Shown here: one piece after another, positions 51,035 through 60,228 of the stretch
How positions within the stretch are numbered: position 1 is the first letter of the stretch
How the letters are laid out: each line of letters opens with the position of its first letter
Assembly: GCA_021323165.1 (NCBI GenBank)
Contig: JAJTCJ010000001.1
Span: forward strand, 14,205 to 78,204
Direction of reading: 5' to 3'
Length of the DNA: 64,000 bases
From: Bacteroidota bacterium
Lineage (GTDB): Bacteria > Bacteroidota > Bacteroidia > 2-12-FULL-35-15
The notes under the pieces: generated by a model
Databases searched by the model: none
What the model saw: only the letters and a program-made list of their open reading frames with translations
What the model was told of the DNA's origin: nothing
Program-made: the position numbers and the translations under genes

Positions 51035-51499
51035 TTATACCCCGGATTCTCCTGATTCATCTTCTCTATTATATTTCTTGGAGTCAAGTCCTGATCCCAT
51101 GGATCTCCCTTCACCTCCTAATTCAGTGTTTTCACCACCTTTAGAGTTTCCAAGATTTTTATTCTTTCTCAGGTCGAGTTCGGCCTTTACATCATTATCG
51201 CCTTTGGCTTCAAACGGATCGTTTTCCCAATCCTCTACGTGTATGGATTTACTTTCACCTGTTATTCCACCTGTTTCTTTCCCTACTTCACCACCTTCAC
51301 GTTTATTGTCAACGGCCATGCTGCCTTTACCCAGGCGACCTTCTTTTCCTAAACCTTCAATATCTTCTTTTTTATTGGAAACTTCTCCCATACCACGGCC
51401 CGGTGTCTTCTTTTCCTCCTCTTTTTTACCTAGAGAAGCATTACTTTTATTTGTTAATCCGTTGCCGTTTTCATCTGTCGTTTTCATAATAACCTCCAT
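51035..51499 (-). CDS. Small Gly/Glu/Lys-rich, probably disordered hydrophilin-like protein
   Basis: 154 aa almost free of hydrophobic or aromatic residues; followed by its own terminator. Confidence 0.7.
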   Translation of the reverse strand: MEVIMKTTDENGNGLTNKSNASLGKKEEEKKTPGRGMGEVSNKKEDIEGLGKEGRLGKGSMAVDNKREGGEVGKETGGITGESKSIHVEDWENDPFEAKGDNDVKAELDLRKNKNLGNSKGGENTELGGEGRSMGSGLDSKKYNREDESGESGV

Positions 51500-51650
51500 T
51501 TTTTTAACTGTGTTTATACTGAAGTATAACTACTAAACGAAATACAGTCTGTATGTATTGCGGTTTTTCGGAAAAGTGTCGGTGAAAGGGCAAAAAATAT
51601 AGCCCAAAAGAAAGACTTGAAATTTCTTATATTCGTTCAGATAATAAAAT

Positions 51651-53783
51651 ATGTACAAATACTTCCCTAAGATATTTATAGTTTCTTTTTTTTGCTTGCA
51701 GGTTTTTATTTGTCAAGGACAGATTCCTCAGTTTATTGTAAAGGGTGAATCTTCTTATACTGATACTTTAAAAAAACCAGCTCAAAGCAATACTTTAACA
51801 GCTTTAAGAGCTCATAATTTCCTGGGAGCTTATTATGAAGGAATTAGTAATTATAAGAATGCTCTTTTTCATTTATATAAAGCAGACAAATTAAATTCCG
51901 GTAAATACAGCGATGAAGAAGTTTTTTGCAGCAATTATCTCGGATACATTTACTGGCACAAAAGCGATTATAAGATCGCCTTATATTATCACAATAAAGC
52001 TCTTTCCTTAAGCAACGACCCAGGAGTTAAGAGGGCGAATGTCGCATTTACGTATCTATTACTGGGTGAGGATTATTATGACCTGGGCGATTACGAAAGG
52101 ACATCAGAATATTTTTTTAAATCTCTGAATTTGTCGGAATACATCAATGATAGTGTAGGACAGATCATGTCCCATAATAGGCTTGGAAAACTTTATTATA
52201 AGCTGAAAGATTTTCCTCGTTCCAAAGAACATGCATGGAAAGCTATGAATATAAACAAGAAAATAGGTTATATCCGGGAGCTAGCTGTTTCAAATAATTG
52301 TTTAGGTAATTCTTATATCGCCACAGGAAATACAGATTCGGCAGTCCTTTGCTTTAAGCAGGCTCTTTTTTATTTTAAAAAATGCGGAGATGTTATAGGT
52401 CAGGCAATAGCAAGCATTAATCTGGGAGATTGTTATAGTGAATTATATAATAAGTTATCAGACATGGCAATCCTTGATCAGGCACACGACTATTATAAAA
52501 TGTCTTATATGTTAAATGAAAAAGTGAATAATAAGTTCGGAATGATCTACGGGCTTTGGGGTGTTGCTGATATTGACATGATAAAAGATGAAACCGGGTC
52601 TGCATTAAAAACATATCATAAAGCACTTCACCTTGCCAGGCTTATCGAAGCAAGAAGTGAACAATATAACCTGTGCTGGAAAATTCATAAAGTATATGAG
52701 AAGAAAGGAACTAAAGACAGCAGTTATGTTTATCTGAAGAAATACGTAGATCTTAAAAATTCAATGGAAAACGAAGAGCAGACAAAAATGCTTTTACGTC
52801 AGGAAAGCAAATATGAGATCACGAAGAAAATTAATGAGAAAGATGCTGCTTTAAAAAAGGATATGTTAATCGAGGAAGAGAAACAAAAGAGAAAAAACTT
52901 TGTAATCCTTGCTATTATTTTAATAACAATTGTATTGGGAGTGGCTGTTATCATTTCTTATAGGAGACTTCGTACAATTCGTTCACAGAATCAAACGATA
53001 AATTCAATTAATAACACATTAATAACTCAGAAAAAAGAAATTACTGACAGTATCACTTATGCAAGGAGAATACAGGAGGCAATCCTTCCTTCAGAAGCAT
53101 TGCTGAAAGAGGCATTTCCGGAAAGTTTTGTTCTTTACCTTCCTAAAGATATTGTTGCAGGAGATTTTTACTGGATGGAACGGCAGGGGGAGAACACTTT
53201 GATCGCAGTTGGCGATTGCACCGGTCATGGAGTTCCGGGAGCAATGGTAAGTGTAATTTGCAGTAATGCACTAAACAGAGCGGTTTTAGAATTTGGAATA
53301 ACAGATCCCGGTAAAATTCTTGATAAAACCCGGGAACTGGTTGAGGAAGCGTTTTCAAAAAGTGATAAAGATGTAAATGATGGGATGGATATTTCTCTTG
53401 CAAGCATTAATCTGAAGTCCGGAAGGGTTCTTTGGGCAGGAGCAAATAACGCCTTATGGTATATCTCTTCTTGTCAGTTCCATGAGGTTGCTCCACATAA
53501 ACAATCTATCAGCAAAACAGAAGGCTCAAAGCCATTTCCAACACATTCAGTTCAATTAAATAAAGGAGATATTCTGTATATGTTCACTGATGGTTTCGCA
53601 GATCAGTTTGGTGGTGAGAAAGGAAAGAAATTCAAGTATAAGCCGTTAAAGGAAACTGTGTTCAAAAAATCAAACATGGCTATGGCCGAACAAAGAGAAG
53701 TTTTAAAAATGATCTTTAATCAATGGAAAGGCAATCTTGAACAGGTGGATGATGTCACCATTCTTGGAATAAGGATAGGATAA
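51651..53783 (+). CDS. Membrane sensor: periplasmic TPR repeats, TM, SpoIIE/PP2C phosphatase
   Basis: TPR-like repeats, TM ILITIVLGVAVII, KDIVAGDFYW, GDCTGHGVPGA, DGMDIS, FTDGFADQFGG, VDDVT. Confidence 0.9.
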   Translation: MYKYFPKIFIVSFFCLQVFICQGQIPQFIVKGESSYTDTLKKPAQSNTLTALRAHNFLGAYYEGISNYKNALFHLYKADKLNSGKYSDEEVFCSNYLGYIYWHKSDYKIALYYHNKALSLSNDPGVKRANVAFTYLLLGEDYYDLGDYERTSEYFFKSLNLSEYINDSVGQIMSHNRLGKLYYKLKDFPRSKEHAWKAMNINKKIGYIRELAVSNNCLGNSYIATGNTDSAVLCFKQALFYFKKCGDVIGQAIASINLGDCYSELYNKLSDMAILDQAHDYYKMSYMLNEKVNNKFGMIYGLWGVADIDMIKDETGSALKTYHKALHLARLIEARSEQYNLCWKIHKVYEKKGTKDSSYVYLKKYVDLKNSMENEEQTKMLLRQESKYEITKKINEKDAALKKDMLIEEEKQKRKNFVILAIILITIVLGVAVIISYRRLRTIRSQNQTINSINNTLITQKKEITDSITYARRIQEAILPSEALLKEAFPESFVLYLPKDIVAGDFYWMERQGENTLIAVGDCTGHGVPGAMVSVICSNALNRAVLEFGITDPGKILDKTRELVEEAFSKSDKDVNDGMDISLASINLKSGRVLWAGANNALWYISSCQFHEVAPHKQSISKTEGSKPFPTHSVQLNKGDILYMFTDGFADQFGGEKGKKFKYKPLKETVFKKSNMAMAEQREVLKMIFNQWKGNLEQVDDVTILGIRIG

Positions 53784-54455
53784 TTATTTTATTCTCAGAG
53801 GGCGCTGCCAGCTGCTCTTTACAGTATGCGTGCTCAATCGATGAGCAAGACCGTATTTATTGTTCTCATGTTTTTCCATAACGATGATCTCGCAATTTTT
53901 TGGATTTGCTATCACTTCAAACTCTTCCACAGTCCAATGAAACCATCGCATTAAAAAAAGTCTGATTGCCATTCCGTGTGTAATGATTACAACATTTTCT
54001 GAACATTCTTCTTTTTCAAAATCCCGGTAAAGAGTTCCTAAAAAATCACTGACTCTGTCGTAAACATCGGCAGCAGATTCACCGTCAGGGATCCTGAAAT
54101 AAAACGTGCCATATGCATCCCGGTCTTTTTCTATAAGTGCTCCTTCTTCCGGTGATCTTAAATGTCCCCATTCCTGTTCACGTATTCTTGGCTCTTCTAT
54201 CCAATGGATCTTTTTTCGATCCAGCTCAGCAGCAATGTATTCAAATGTTTCGCGTGTTCTCCAGAAGGGAGAAACATAAAAAAAAGCTTTTTCTTCTCCT
54301 ATGATCTTTTTTAATTCTTTACCTGCATCTTTTGCCTGATTTATGCCCTTTTCTGATAAAAGTAAGGCATAATCGGGTTTGCTTTTATAGATCAGCCTGT
54401 CTACATTGCCTTCTGATTCGCCATGCCTGATTAATATTATCCGTTTTGGTTTCAT
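53784..54455 (-). CDS. Histidine phosphatase (phosphoglycerate mutase family)
   Basis: LIRHGESEGN, SPFWRTRET, REQEWG, ITHG. Confidence 0.92.
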   Translation of the reverse strand: MKPKRIILIRHGESEGNVDRLIYKSKPDYALLLSEKGINQAKDAGKELKKIIGEEKAFFYVSPFWRTRETFEYIAAELDRKKIHWIEEPRIREQEWGHLRSPEEGALIEKDRDAYGTFYFRIPDGESAADVYDRVSDFLGTLYRDFEKEECSENVVIITHGMAIRLFLMRWFHWTVEEFEVIANPKNCEIIVMEKHENNKYGLAHRLSTHTVKSSWQRPLRIK

Positions 54456-54558
54456 ACCGTAGTTTAATATTCAATAATATAAATTTGTGCCTTCTAAATG
54501 ACTGGACCGGGAAACGAATAAGTTATAAAAGGTTTTGTAGTTTTACTCAAGCAAAAAA

Positions 54559-56073
54559 ATGAAAAAAATATTTTATATAACAGCCCTGTTTATATCGGCC
54601 TGCAGTTCAGAAGAAACAAAAAAGGCAGCCTCTGTTGATTTTTGTTCCTCTATTCATCTTGATAATAATATAGGATTATCCTCTCAGCTCGACTCTCTAA
54701 TTCCTCAAATGGAGAAAAAAACAGGCGTATATATTCTTGAAGAAGGTGATGCATCGATGGTTGCCCGTGCCTGGCTTTGTGAGAATGCTGAGAAGACAAT
54801 AGATGTTCAGTATTTCATTTTTTCTACAGACAATGTCGGCTTGATAGCGGCAGATTATCTCGTAAGGGCGGCTGATAGGGGCGTGAAAGTTCGCATTCTG
54901 ATTGATGATATTCTGGTAGAAGCAGATGAAGAAAAACTGCTGACACTTGATTCGCATAAAAACATAAGTATAAAGATCTATAACCCTGCTGTTAACGTAG
55001 GAAAAAATGCTGCTGAAAAAATTCTTGCTCTGAAAGGAGACTTTTGGGGCACAAACCAGCGCATGCATAACAAGACTTTCTCTGTTGATGGGAAGATAAC
55101 AATTACCGGTGGTAGAAACATAGCGGATGAATATTTTGATTATGACCATGAATATAATTTCCGCGACAGAGATGTCTTATTATTAGGAAAGGTTGTAAAG
55201 GATGTAGAAAGTTCATTTGAAAAGTTCTGGGACAGTCCTATTTCAAAAATGGTGACCGACCTGGTAAATCCCAATAGATACAAAGTGGGCTCAGAACCAT
55301 TTAAAGAATTGCATAATTATGCCTGTGACTCAAACAATTTCTGGCCTCAGATAAGAACAAGGATCATGAATGTTCCACAAGCATTTAGGGACATTCGACA
55401 GTCGGGAAAATTTCAATGGGTAGAAACTGTGACTTTTGTAAGCGATATTCCTGGGAAAAACAATGAATCTTTAAAAAGTGGCGGGATCACTACTGATACA
55501 TTAATGGCTTTGATCAGGAGAGCAAAACAGTCAGTTATTATTCAATCACCTTATCTGGTAACAACAGAGAAAGGAAAAGAATTGCTGGCTGCTGCAGTCA
55601 AGCGTGGTGTAGAAATTAAAATACTTACAAACAGTCTTGCTTCAACGGATAATTTACCAGCTTTCAATGGATACCAAAGGGACAGGGAGCTGTTGTTAAA
55701 GACAGGAGTAAGAATCTTTGAATTTAAGCCTGACGCACTTATTCGTTATAAGATCATGACCGGATCACTGCAGAAAACAATAAGTTATAAGCCGGTATTT
55801 GGAATTCATGCCAAAACTATGATCGTAGATGATGAAATTGCTGTAGTGGGTACTTTCAATTTTGACCCACGCAGCGCTTATCTCAATACTGAATGCATCA
55901 CTTTGATCTATTCCGGGAAAATTGCGAAAGAGGTAAGAGAAGGGATTGAGGAAGAAATGAAATATGAAAATGCCTGGGAAACAACCTTAAACTTTAATCC
56001 CGATACAGAAGCCTCTCTGAAGAAACGAATGCAGATGAAACCGATGAAGCTTATTCCAAAAGATATCCTGTAG
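54559..56073 (+). CDS. Phospholipase D / cardiolipin synthase C-like lipoprotein
   Basis: Lipobox ISAC; two HKD motifs HNKTFSVD and HAKTMIVD; GGRNIADEYF, GTFNFDPRS. Confidence 0.9.
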   Translation: MKKIFYITALFISACSSEETKKAASVDFCSSIHLDNNIGLSSQLDSLIPQMEKKTGVYILEEGDASMVARAWLCENAEKTIDVQYFIFSTDNVGLIAADYLVRAADRGVKVRILIDDILVEADEEKLLTLDSHKNISIKIYNPAVNVGKNAAEKILALKGDFWGTNQRMHNKTFSVDGKITITGGRNIADEYFDYDHEYNFRDRDVLLLGKVVKDVESSFEKFWDSPISKMVTDLVNPNRYKVGSEPFKELHNYACDSNNFWPQIRTRIMNVPQAFRDIRQSGKFQWVETVTFVSDIPGKNNESLKSGGITTDTLMALIRRAKQSVIIQSPYLVTTEKGKELLAAAVKRGVEIKILTNSLASTDNLPAFNGYQRDRELLLKTGVRIFEFKPDALIRYKIMTGSLQKTISYKPVFGIHAKTMIVDDEIAVVGTFNFDPRSAYLNTECITLIYSGKIAKEVREGIEEEMKYENAWETTLNFNPDTEASLKKRMQMKPMKLIPKDIL

Positions 56074-56149
56074 TTTCTTAAACAGGTTTTTGCTGCAAAC
56101 CTTGAATTAATATGGCAAGAATATTTAGGGTATTTGTGAAACAAATACA

Positions 56150-58021
56150 ATGAAAATTCTTTTCTCTTTTGTTTTTTTATTTCTGTCAGCATCTGGTTTG
56201 TACTCTCAGGCAGGTCAGCTGAAATATATAATCTATGATTTTGATGGTCTTGATCTCGGAGTTACTGATCTGCCTGATGGGGATTACAAAAACTTCGATC
56301 TTACTTATGAGATTTCTGCGAACCCTTTGGCAGTCAGTGATGTGCTGGGCGACCGTGTGTTAAAACTTAATCTGATGTGGTCTGGCGGAAGCGGGGAGTT
56401 TGGAAAGGGAATCACAAGGTATATTGAGCTAAATGCTTCAAGCGACCACCTGAATTTTTATTTTTTAAATCCGGTTTCTAATTATGCAAGCGCTGTTGTT
56501 GATATTGCTATTAAAGAGGATGATAACCAAAATGGAATTTATGAAGTTTCTGCTGATGATAATTGGTTGAAGACAATAACTATCCCCAAGTCATCTGCCT
56601 GGCAGTTGATCAGTGTTCCTTTGTCTGATTTTTCAGATGCTTCAAGCGGAGGCAATGGTATTTTTGATGCTGCTTATACGAGTAATAAAGGCAGAATTTT
56701 TACTATCAGTTTTAAATTTAACAGATCAGCTGCAGCCACGGGACCTGAAACTTATTATGCTGATATGTTCTGTTTTTCAGAAGGAACATTACCGTATGGC
56801 AACTCAATTCTTTCTCTTCCTTTCGATAATTCAAATAATAAATGTCTGCTTGGAAGTTATGCTTACCGAACGCCTGCGGATTCTGTACCACCAGAAGTGG
56901 AAGCTTTATTATCTCCCGGCAATAAGCTGAAGTATATTAATATTTTTATGCCATACGCATATAACGGAACAACAGCTTCAGCACTTCCGGGCGCATCAGT
57001 TCAGAGATTAATGAATAACGGTTATCGCCCGATTATAACCTGGGAGATGATGTATGCTTCGTATCAAACCATGGATCCGGTCCAGCCAAGATTAAACCAG
57101 ATAACAAATGGTTCTTTTGATAGTTACATCGATCTGTTTGCGAATCAGATCAAGACTTATTCAGATACGATAATTATACGTGTGTTTCACGAATTCGATG
57201 GCAATTGGTATTCGTGGTCAATAGAAGAGAACGGACAAGACCCTGCAAATCTGGTTGCAGCATACAGATATATCGTTGACAGGTTTAATGCTCTTGGGGT
57301 TGATAATGTGCTCTGGATGTGGTCTCCCAATTCTTCTCCCTCTCCCAATGTTTCATATAACTGGTTTGTGGATGCTTACCCGGGAGACGCATATGTTGAT
57401 ATTGTGGCGACCAGTATATACAATCATCCGTTAACAGGAACACCTCCGTGGCGTTCTTTCAGATCATTGCTATCCGAAAACTATTATTATATGCGGAAGT
57501 ATTTTCCATCTAAGCAGTTTTTTATTGCTGAAGCGGCTTGCAGGGAAAGATATGGGAATGAAATGTCATCCTCACAAACAAAGGCGGAATGGATATGTCA
57601 GATGAGTAAGGATCTTAAATCATATTTTAATGCGACTAAAGCACTTGTCTTTTTTAATGCAGATAAAGAACACGACTGGAGAATTAATTCTTCTGCCCCG
57701 GCTTTAAATGCACTGAGTAACTGTGTATGGAATGATCCTTACTTTAATAATGCTTTAACTGAAGTTATAGAGAAAAAAGAGAATGGTTCATTTGAAATTT
57801 ATCCGAATCCTTTTATTGAAGAGATTACTGTTTCTGTTTTATCAGAAAAAATGCTGCAGGAGGATTATTATTTGAATGTAATTAATATACATGGACACAA
57901 AGTTTATAATAAAAAAGTTTTAAGAAGTCAGACTATTGGCAAATCATTTCTGCCAGGAACATATATCCTTGAATTGAAAAACACCAAGCACTCTGAAAGG
58001 CGAATAATTATTAAACAATAG
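56150..58021 (+). CDS. T9SS-secreted GH26 with N-terminal CBM11-like domain
   Basis: Signal peptide; beta-sandwich WQLISVPLSDF; RVFHEFDGNWYSW acid/base, AYPGDAYVDIV, FIAE nucleophile; CTD IYPNP...GTYILEL. Confidence 0.85.
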   Translation: MKILFSFVFLFLSASGLYSQAGQLKYIIYDFDGLDLGVTDLPDGDYKNFDLTYEISANPLAVSDVLGDRVLKLNLMWSGGSGEFGKGITRYIELNASSDHLNFYFLNPVSNYASAVVDIAIKEDDNQNGIYEVSADDNWLKTITIPKSSAWQLISVPLSDFSDASSGGNGIFDAAYTSNKGRIFTISFKFNRSAAATGPETYYADMFCFSEGTLPYGNSILSLPFDNSNNKCLLGSYAYRTPADSVPPEVEALLSPGNKLKYINIFMPYAYNGTTASALPGASVQRLMNNGYRPIITWEMMYASYQTMDPVQPRLNQITNGSFDSYIDLFANQIKTYSDTIIIRVFHEFDGNWYSWSIEENGQDPANLVAAYRYIVDRFNALGVDNVLWMWSPNSSPSPNVSYNWFVDAYPGDAYVDIVATSIYNHPLTGTPPWRSFRSLLSENYYYMRKYFPSKQFFIAEAACRERYGNEMSSSQTKAEWICQMSKDLKSYFNATKALVFFNADKEHDWRINSSAPALNALSNCVWNDPYFNNALTEVIEKKENGSFEIYPNPFIEEITVSVLSEKMLQEDYYLNVINIHGHKVYNKKVLRSQTIGKSFLPGTYILELKNTKHSERRIIIKQ

Positions 58022-58026
58022 AGAGG

Positions 58027-58638
58027 CTATGACAAAGCACTTTCCATAGTTCTGAATGTTAAGTTTATTCTTGCCTTTTTAACCAGTTTTGTAGGAGGTA
58101 ATCTGTGTGTCCAGTTTATTTGTGTTTCGCCTGCCATCACAAGTAGGCTCCCATGTTCTAATATTATTGATCTTGATTCTTTTGTTTGTTTGTGTTTAAA
58201 TGAGAATTTTCTTTCCGCTCCCAGGCTCAAGGATGCAATAGCAGCATTTTTTTTTAGCGCTTTTTCATCGTCACTATGCCATGCCATGCCTTCATCTCCG
58301 TTATGATAAAGATTCAGTAAACAGGAATTGAACGTTTCACCCGTTTTGATTTCTATCAGTTCTTTAATTTCTTCTAATTCTTTGATCCAGGGTAGCGCCT
58401 GTTTTGTTGTACCGGAATAAGTGTAATTAAAAGGTTTATCACCATACCATGCAACTTTTCTCGATGTGATGATATGTTTGCCGTATAGTATTGCCTCATC
58501 ATTTCTCCATTCGATATTATTAAGAAGAGAATTAAAGTAAATATCCGATTCGAATTTTGATAAAACAGCCCCATAATAACTCACTTCACCGTCATATGGT
58601 AAAATATTCATGTCCGGGATATCATTAAAAAGATCCAT
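58027..58638 (-). CDS. AlkB-family 2OG-Fe(II) dioxygenase (start probably MDLF at 58638)
   Basis: NSCLLNLY, WHSDDE, HGSLLVM...HRLP, RINLTFR. Confidence 0.9.
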   Translation of the reverse strand: MDLFNDIPDMNILPYDGEVSYYGAVLSKFESDIYFNSLLNNIEWRNDEAILYGKHIITSRKVAWYGDKPFNYTYSGTTKQALPWIKELEEIKELIEIKTGETFNSCLLNLYHNGDEGMAWHSDDEKALKKNAAIASLSLGAERKFSFKHKQTKESRSIILEHGSLLVMAGETQINWTHRLPPTKLVKKARINLTFRTMESALS

Positions 58639-58733
58639 TATTTTTGCAAAGGTGAGTAAATGCCTCAAATTTTCCGTTATAGGAGCCACAGGAGCGCCTT
58701 TTAAGCTCATCGATTAAAAACCCGCATTTATCG

Positions 58734-58763
58734 TTGACTTTTAAATATTTATATGTACATTTG
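58734..58763 (+). promoter_or_regulatory. sigma70 promoter TTG-N19-TACATTTG for the 58793 gene
   Basis: TTG 58734-58736 and TACATTTG 58756-58763, followed by an A-rich leader. Confidence 0.7.
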
Positions 58764-58792
58764 CACCCGAAATAAATAAACAAACTAAAGAC

Positions 58793-59107
58793 ATGAAAAA
58801 ATTTTTCTCAAAACGCATTAACGTTATTGGTGTGATATTATTAATTGCTGTAGTAACTTTTGGATTCAAACAAGTAGTTGTTTTGGATAAAGTAACAATT
58901 TGCCATATACCTCCTGGAAATTCTAACAATTGTCAGGAAATTACAGTTTCTTTAAATTCTTTAGATGCTCACCTTGATCATGGTGACGATCTTGTTTGCC
59001 ATAATCCTGATGAACTGGATGCCTATATTAATATCGCTAATGATCATAACTTAAGACTACCACGTACACGTGATATTATGGTTCTTGTAGTGAGTAATCA
59101 TCCATAA
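58793..59107 (+). CDS. Small exported Cys/His-rich protein (KVTICHxPPGN...AHLDHGD module)
   Basis: N-terminal hydrophobic segment; own promoter and terminator. Confidence 0.78.
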   Translation: MKKFFSKRINVIGVILLIAVVTFGFKQVVVLDKVTICHIPPGNSNNCQEITVSLNSLDAHLDHGDDLVCHNPDELDAYINIANDHNLRLPRTRDIMVLVVSNHP

Positions 59108-59128
59108 AAGGAATCAAAAAAATAAAAG

Positions 59129-59155
59129 AACCGTGTGATTTACACGGTTTTTTTT
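59129..59155 (+). terminator. Intrinsic terminator, probably bidirectional
   Basis: AACCGTGT-GATTT-ACACGGTT with T8 tract and A-rich 5' flank, between convergent genes. Confidence 0.85.
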
Positions 59156-59159
59156 ATGC

Positions 59160-60005
59160 TTATAAATCACTTGCATTAAAAGTATCTCCTTGTTTAATAT
59201 CCCCGCTGATAAATCCTTTTTTGAACCAATACATTCGCTGCTCTGAAGTTCCATGCGTAAAAGCATCAGGTACAACATGACCCTGAGATTGCTTTTGCAG
59301 GCGATCATCGCCAATGGCATTTGCTGCATTTAATGCTTCTTCAATATCACCTGCTTCCAGGATCGTATCCATTGCCTGAGCATGATGCGCCCAAACTCCA
59401 GCCAGGAAATCTGCCTGTAATTCCTGCATCACAGAATACCTGTTGTATTCCTTCTCACTTACCTGACTTCTGAGTTTTTCCATTTTATCAGAAATCCCCA
59501 TCAAATACTGAATATGGTGACCCACCTCATGGGCTACAACATAAGCCATGGTAAAATCCCCTGGTGCATTAAAACGATGCTGCAGATCTTCATAGAAGGA
59601 AAGATCGATATAAACCGACTGATCACCGGGACAATAGAAAGGACCCACAGCAGAACTTGCAGAACCGCAGGCGGACTGCACTTCATCACGGAACAGGACC
59701 AGCATCGGTTCTTTATAATTTTGTCCTTGTTCCTTGAATATTTTATGCCATACATCTTCCGTTTCCGCAAGTACTACTTTAACAAATGCTGCTCTTTCAT
59801 CATCTTCAGACATTTGAGCTGTAGACATTTCTGTCTTATGCTGTTGCATCTCCGGCCTCAGCTGTTGAACTCCATCACCACCTAATAATGCATTTACTAT
59901 GTAAACTATTAAACCGATAAGTCCACCGCCAATTGCAATGCCTTTACCGGACATTCCCCGTTGATCGCTTACATTACTACTTTGTCTTCGTCCTCTCCAC
60001 AGCAT
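59160..60005 (-). CDS. ypfJ: YpfJ-family neutral zinc metallopeptidase
   Basis: WRGRRQSSNV, GPFYCPGD, YVVAHEVGHHIQ, ELQADFLAG, HGTSEQR. Confidence 0.92.
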   Translation of the reverse strand: MLWRGRRQSSNVSDQRGMSGKGIAIGGGLIGLIVYIVNALLGGDGVQQLRPEMQQHKTEMSTAQMSEDDERAAFVKVVLAETEDVWHKIFKEQGQNYKEPMLVLFRDEVQSACGSASSAVGPFYCPGDQSVYIDLSFYEDLQHRFNAPGDFTMAYVVAHEVGHHIQYLMGISDKMEKLRSQVSEKEYNRYSVMQELQADFLAGVWAHHAQAMDTILEAGDIEEALNAANAIGDDRLQKQSQGHVVPDAFTHGTSEQRMYWFKKGFISGDIKQGDTFNASDL

Positions 60006-60228
60006 GATATTAATTTTTAGTTACTTAATTATACAATAAAATTTCATGCTATATACCGGCATGAGCTTTCCGGAGCGGAACAACGCTTAAAAGCCCGTCA
60101 ATGCAGACTTTACGAAGGTTGATCTATGTGGATGATTTTCCTCTTTTGGTTGCGTTTAAACAAACTTGTATTGTTTCTTTTATCAATTTCAGTTACTTTT
60201 AAGCTTTCCCTCAATTCTCATTCTCTTT

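Noticed and set aside
51078-51536. 152-aa plus-strand Ser/Pro-rich ORF
   Set aside because: Antisense mirror of the low-complexity minus-strand gene; the terminator orientation supports the minus strand.
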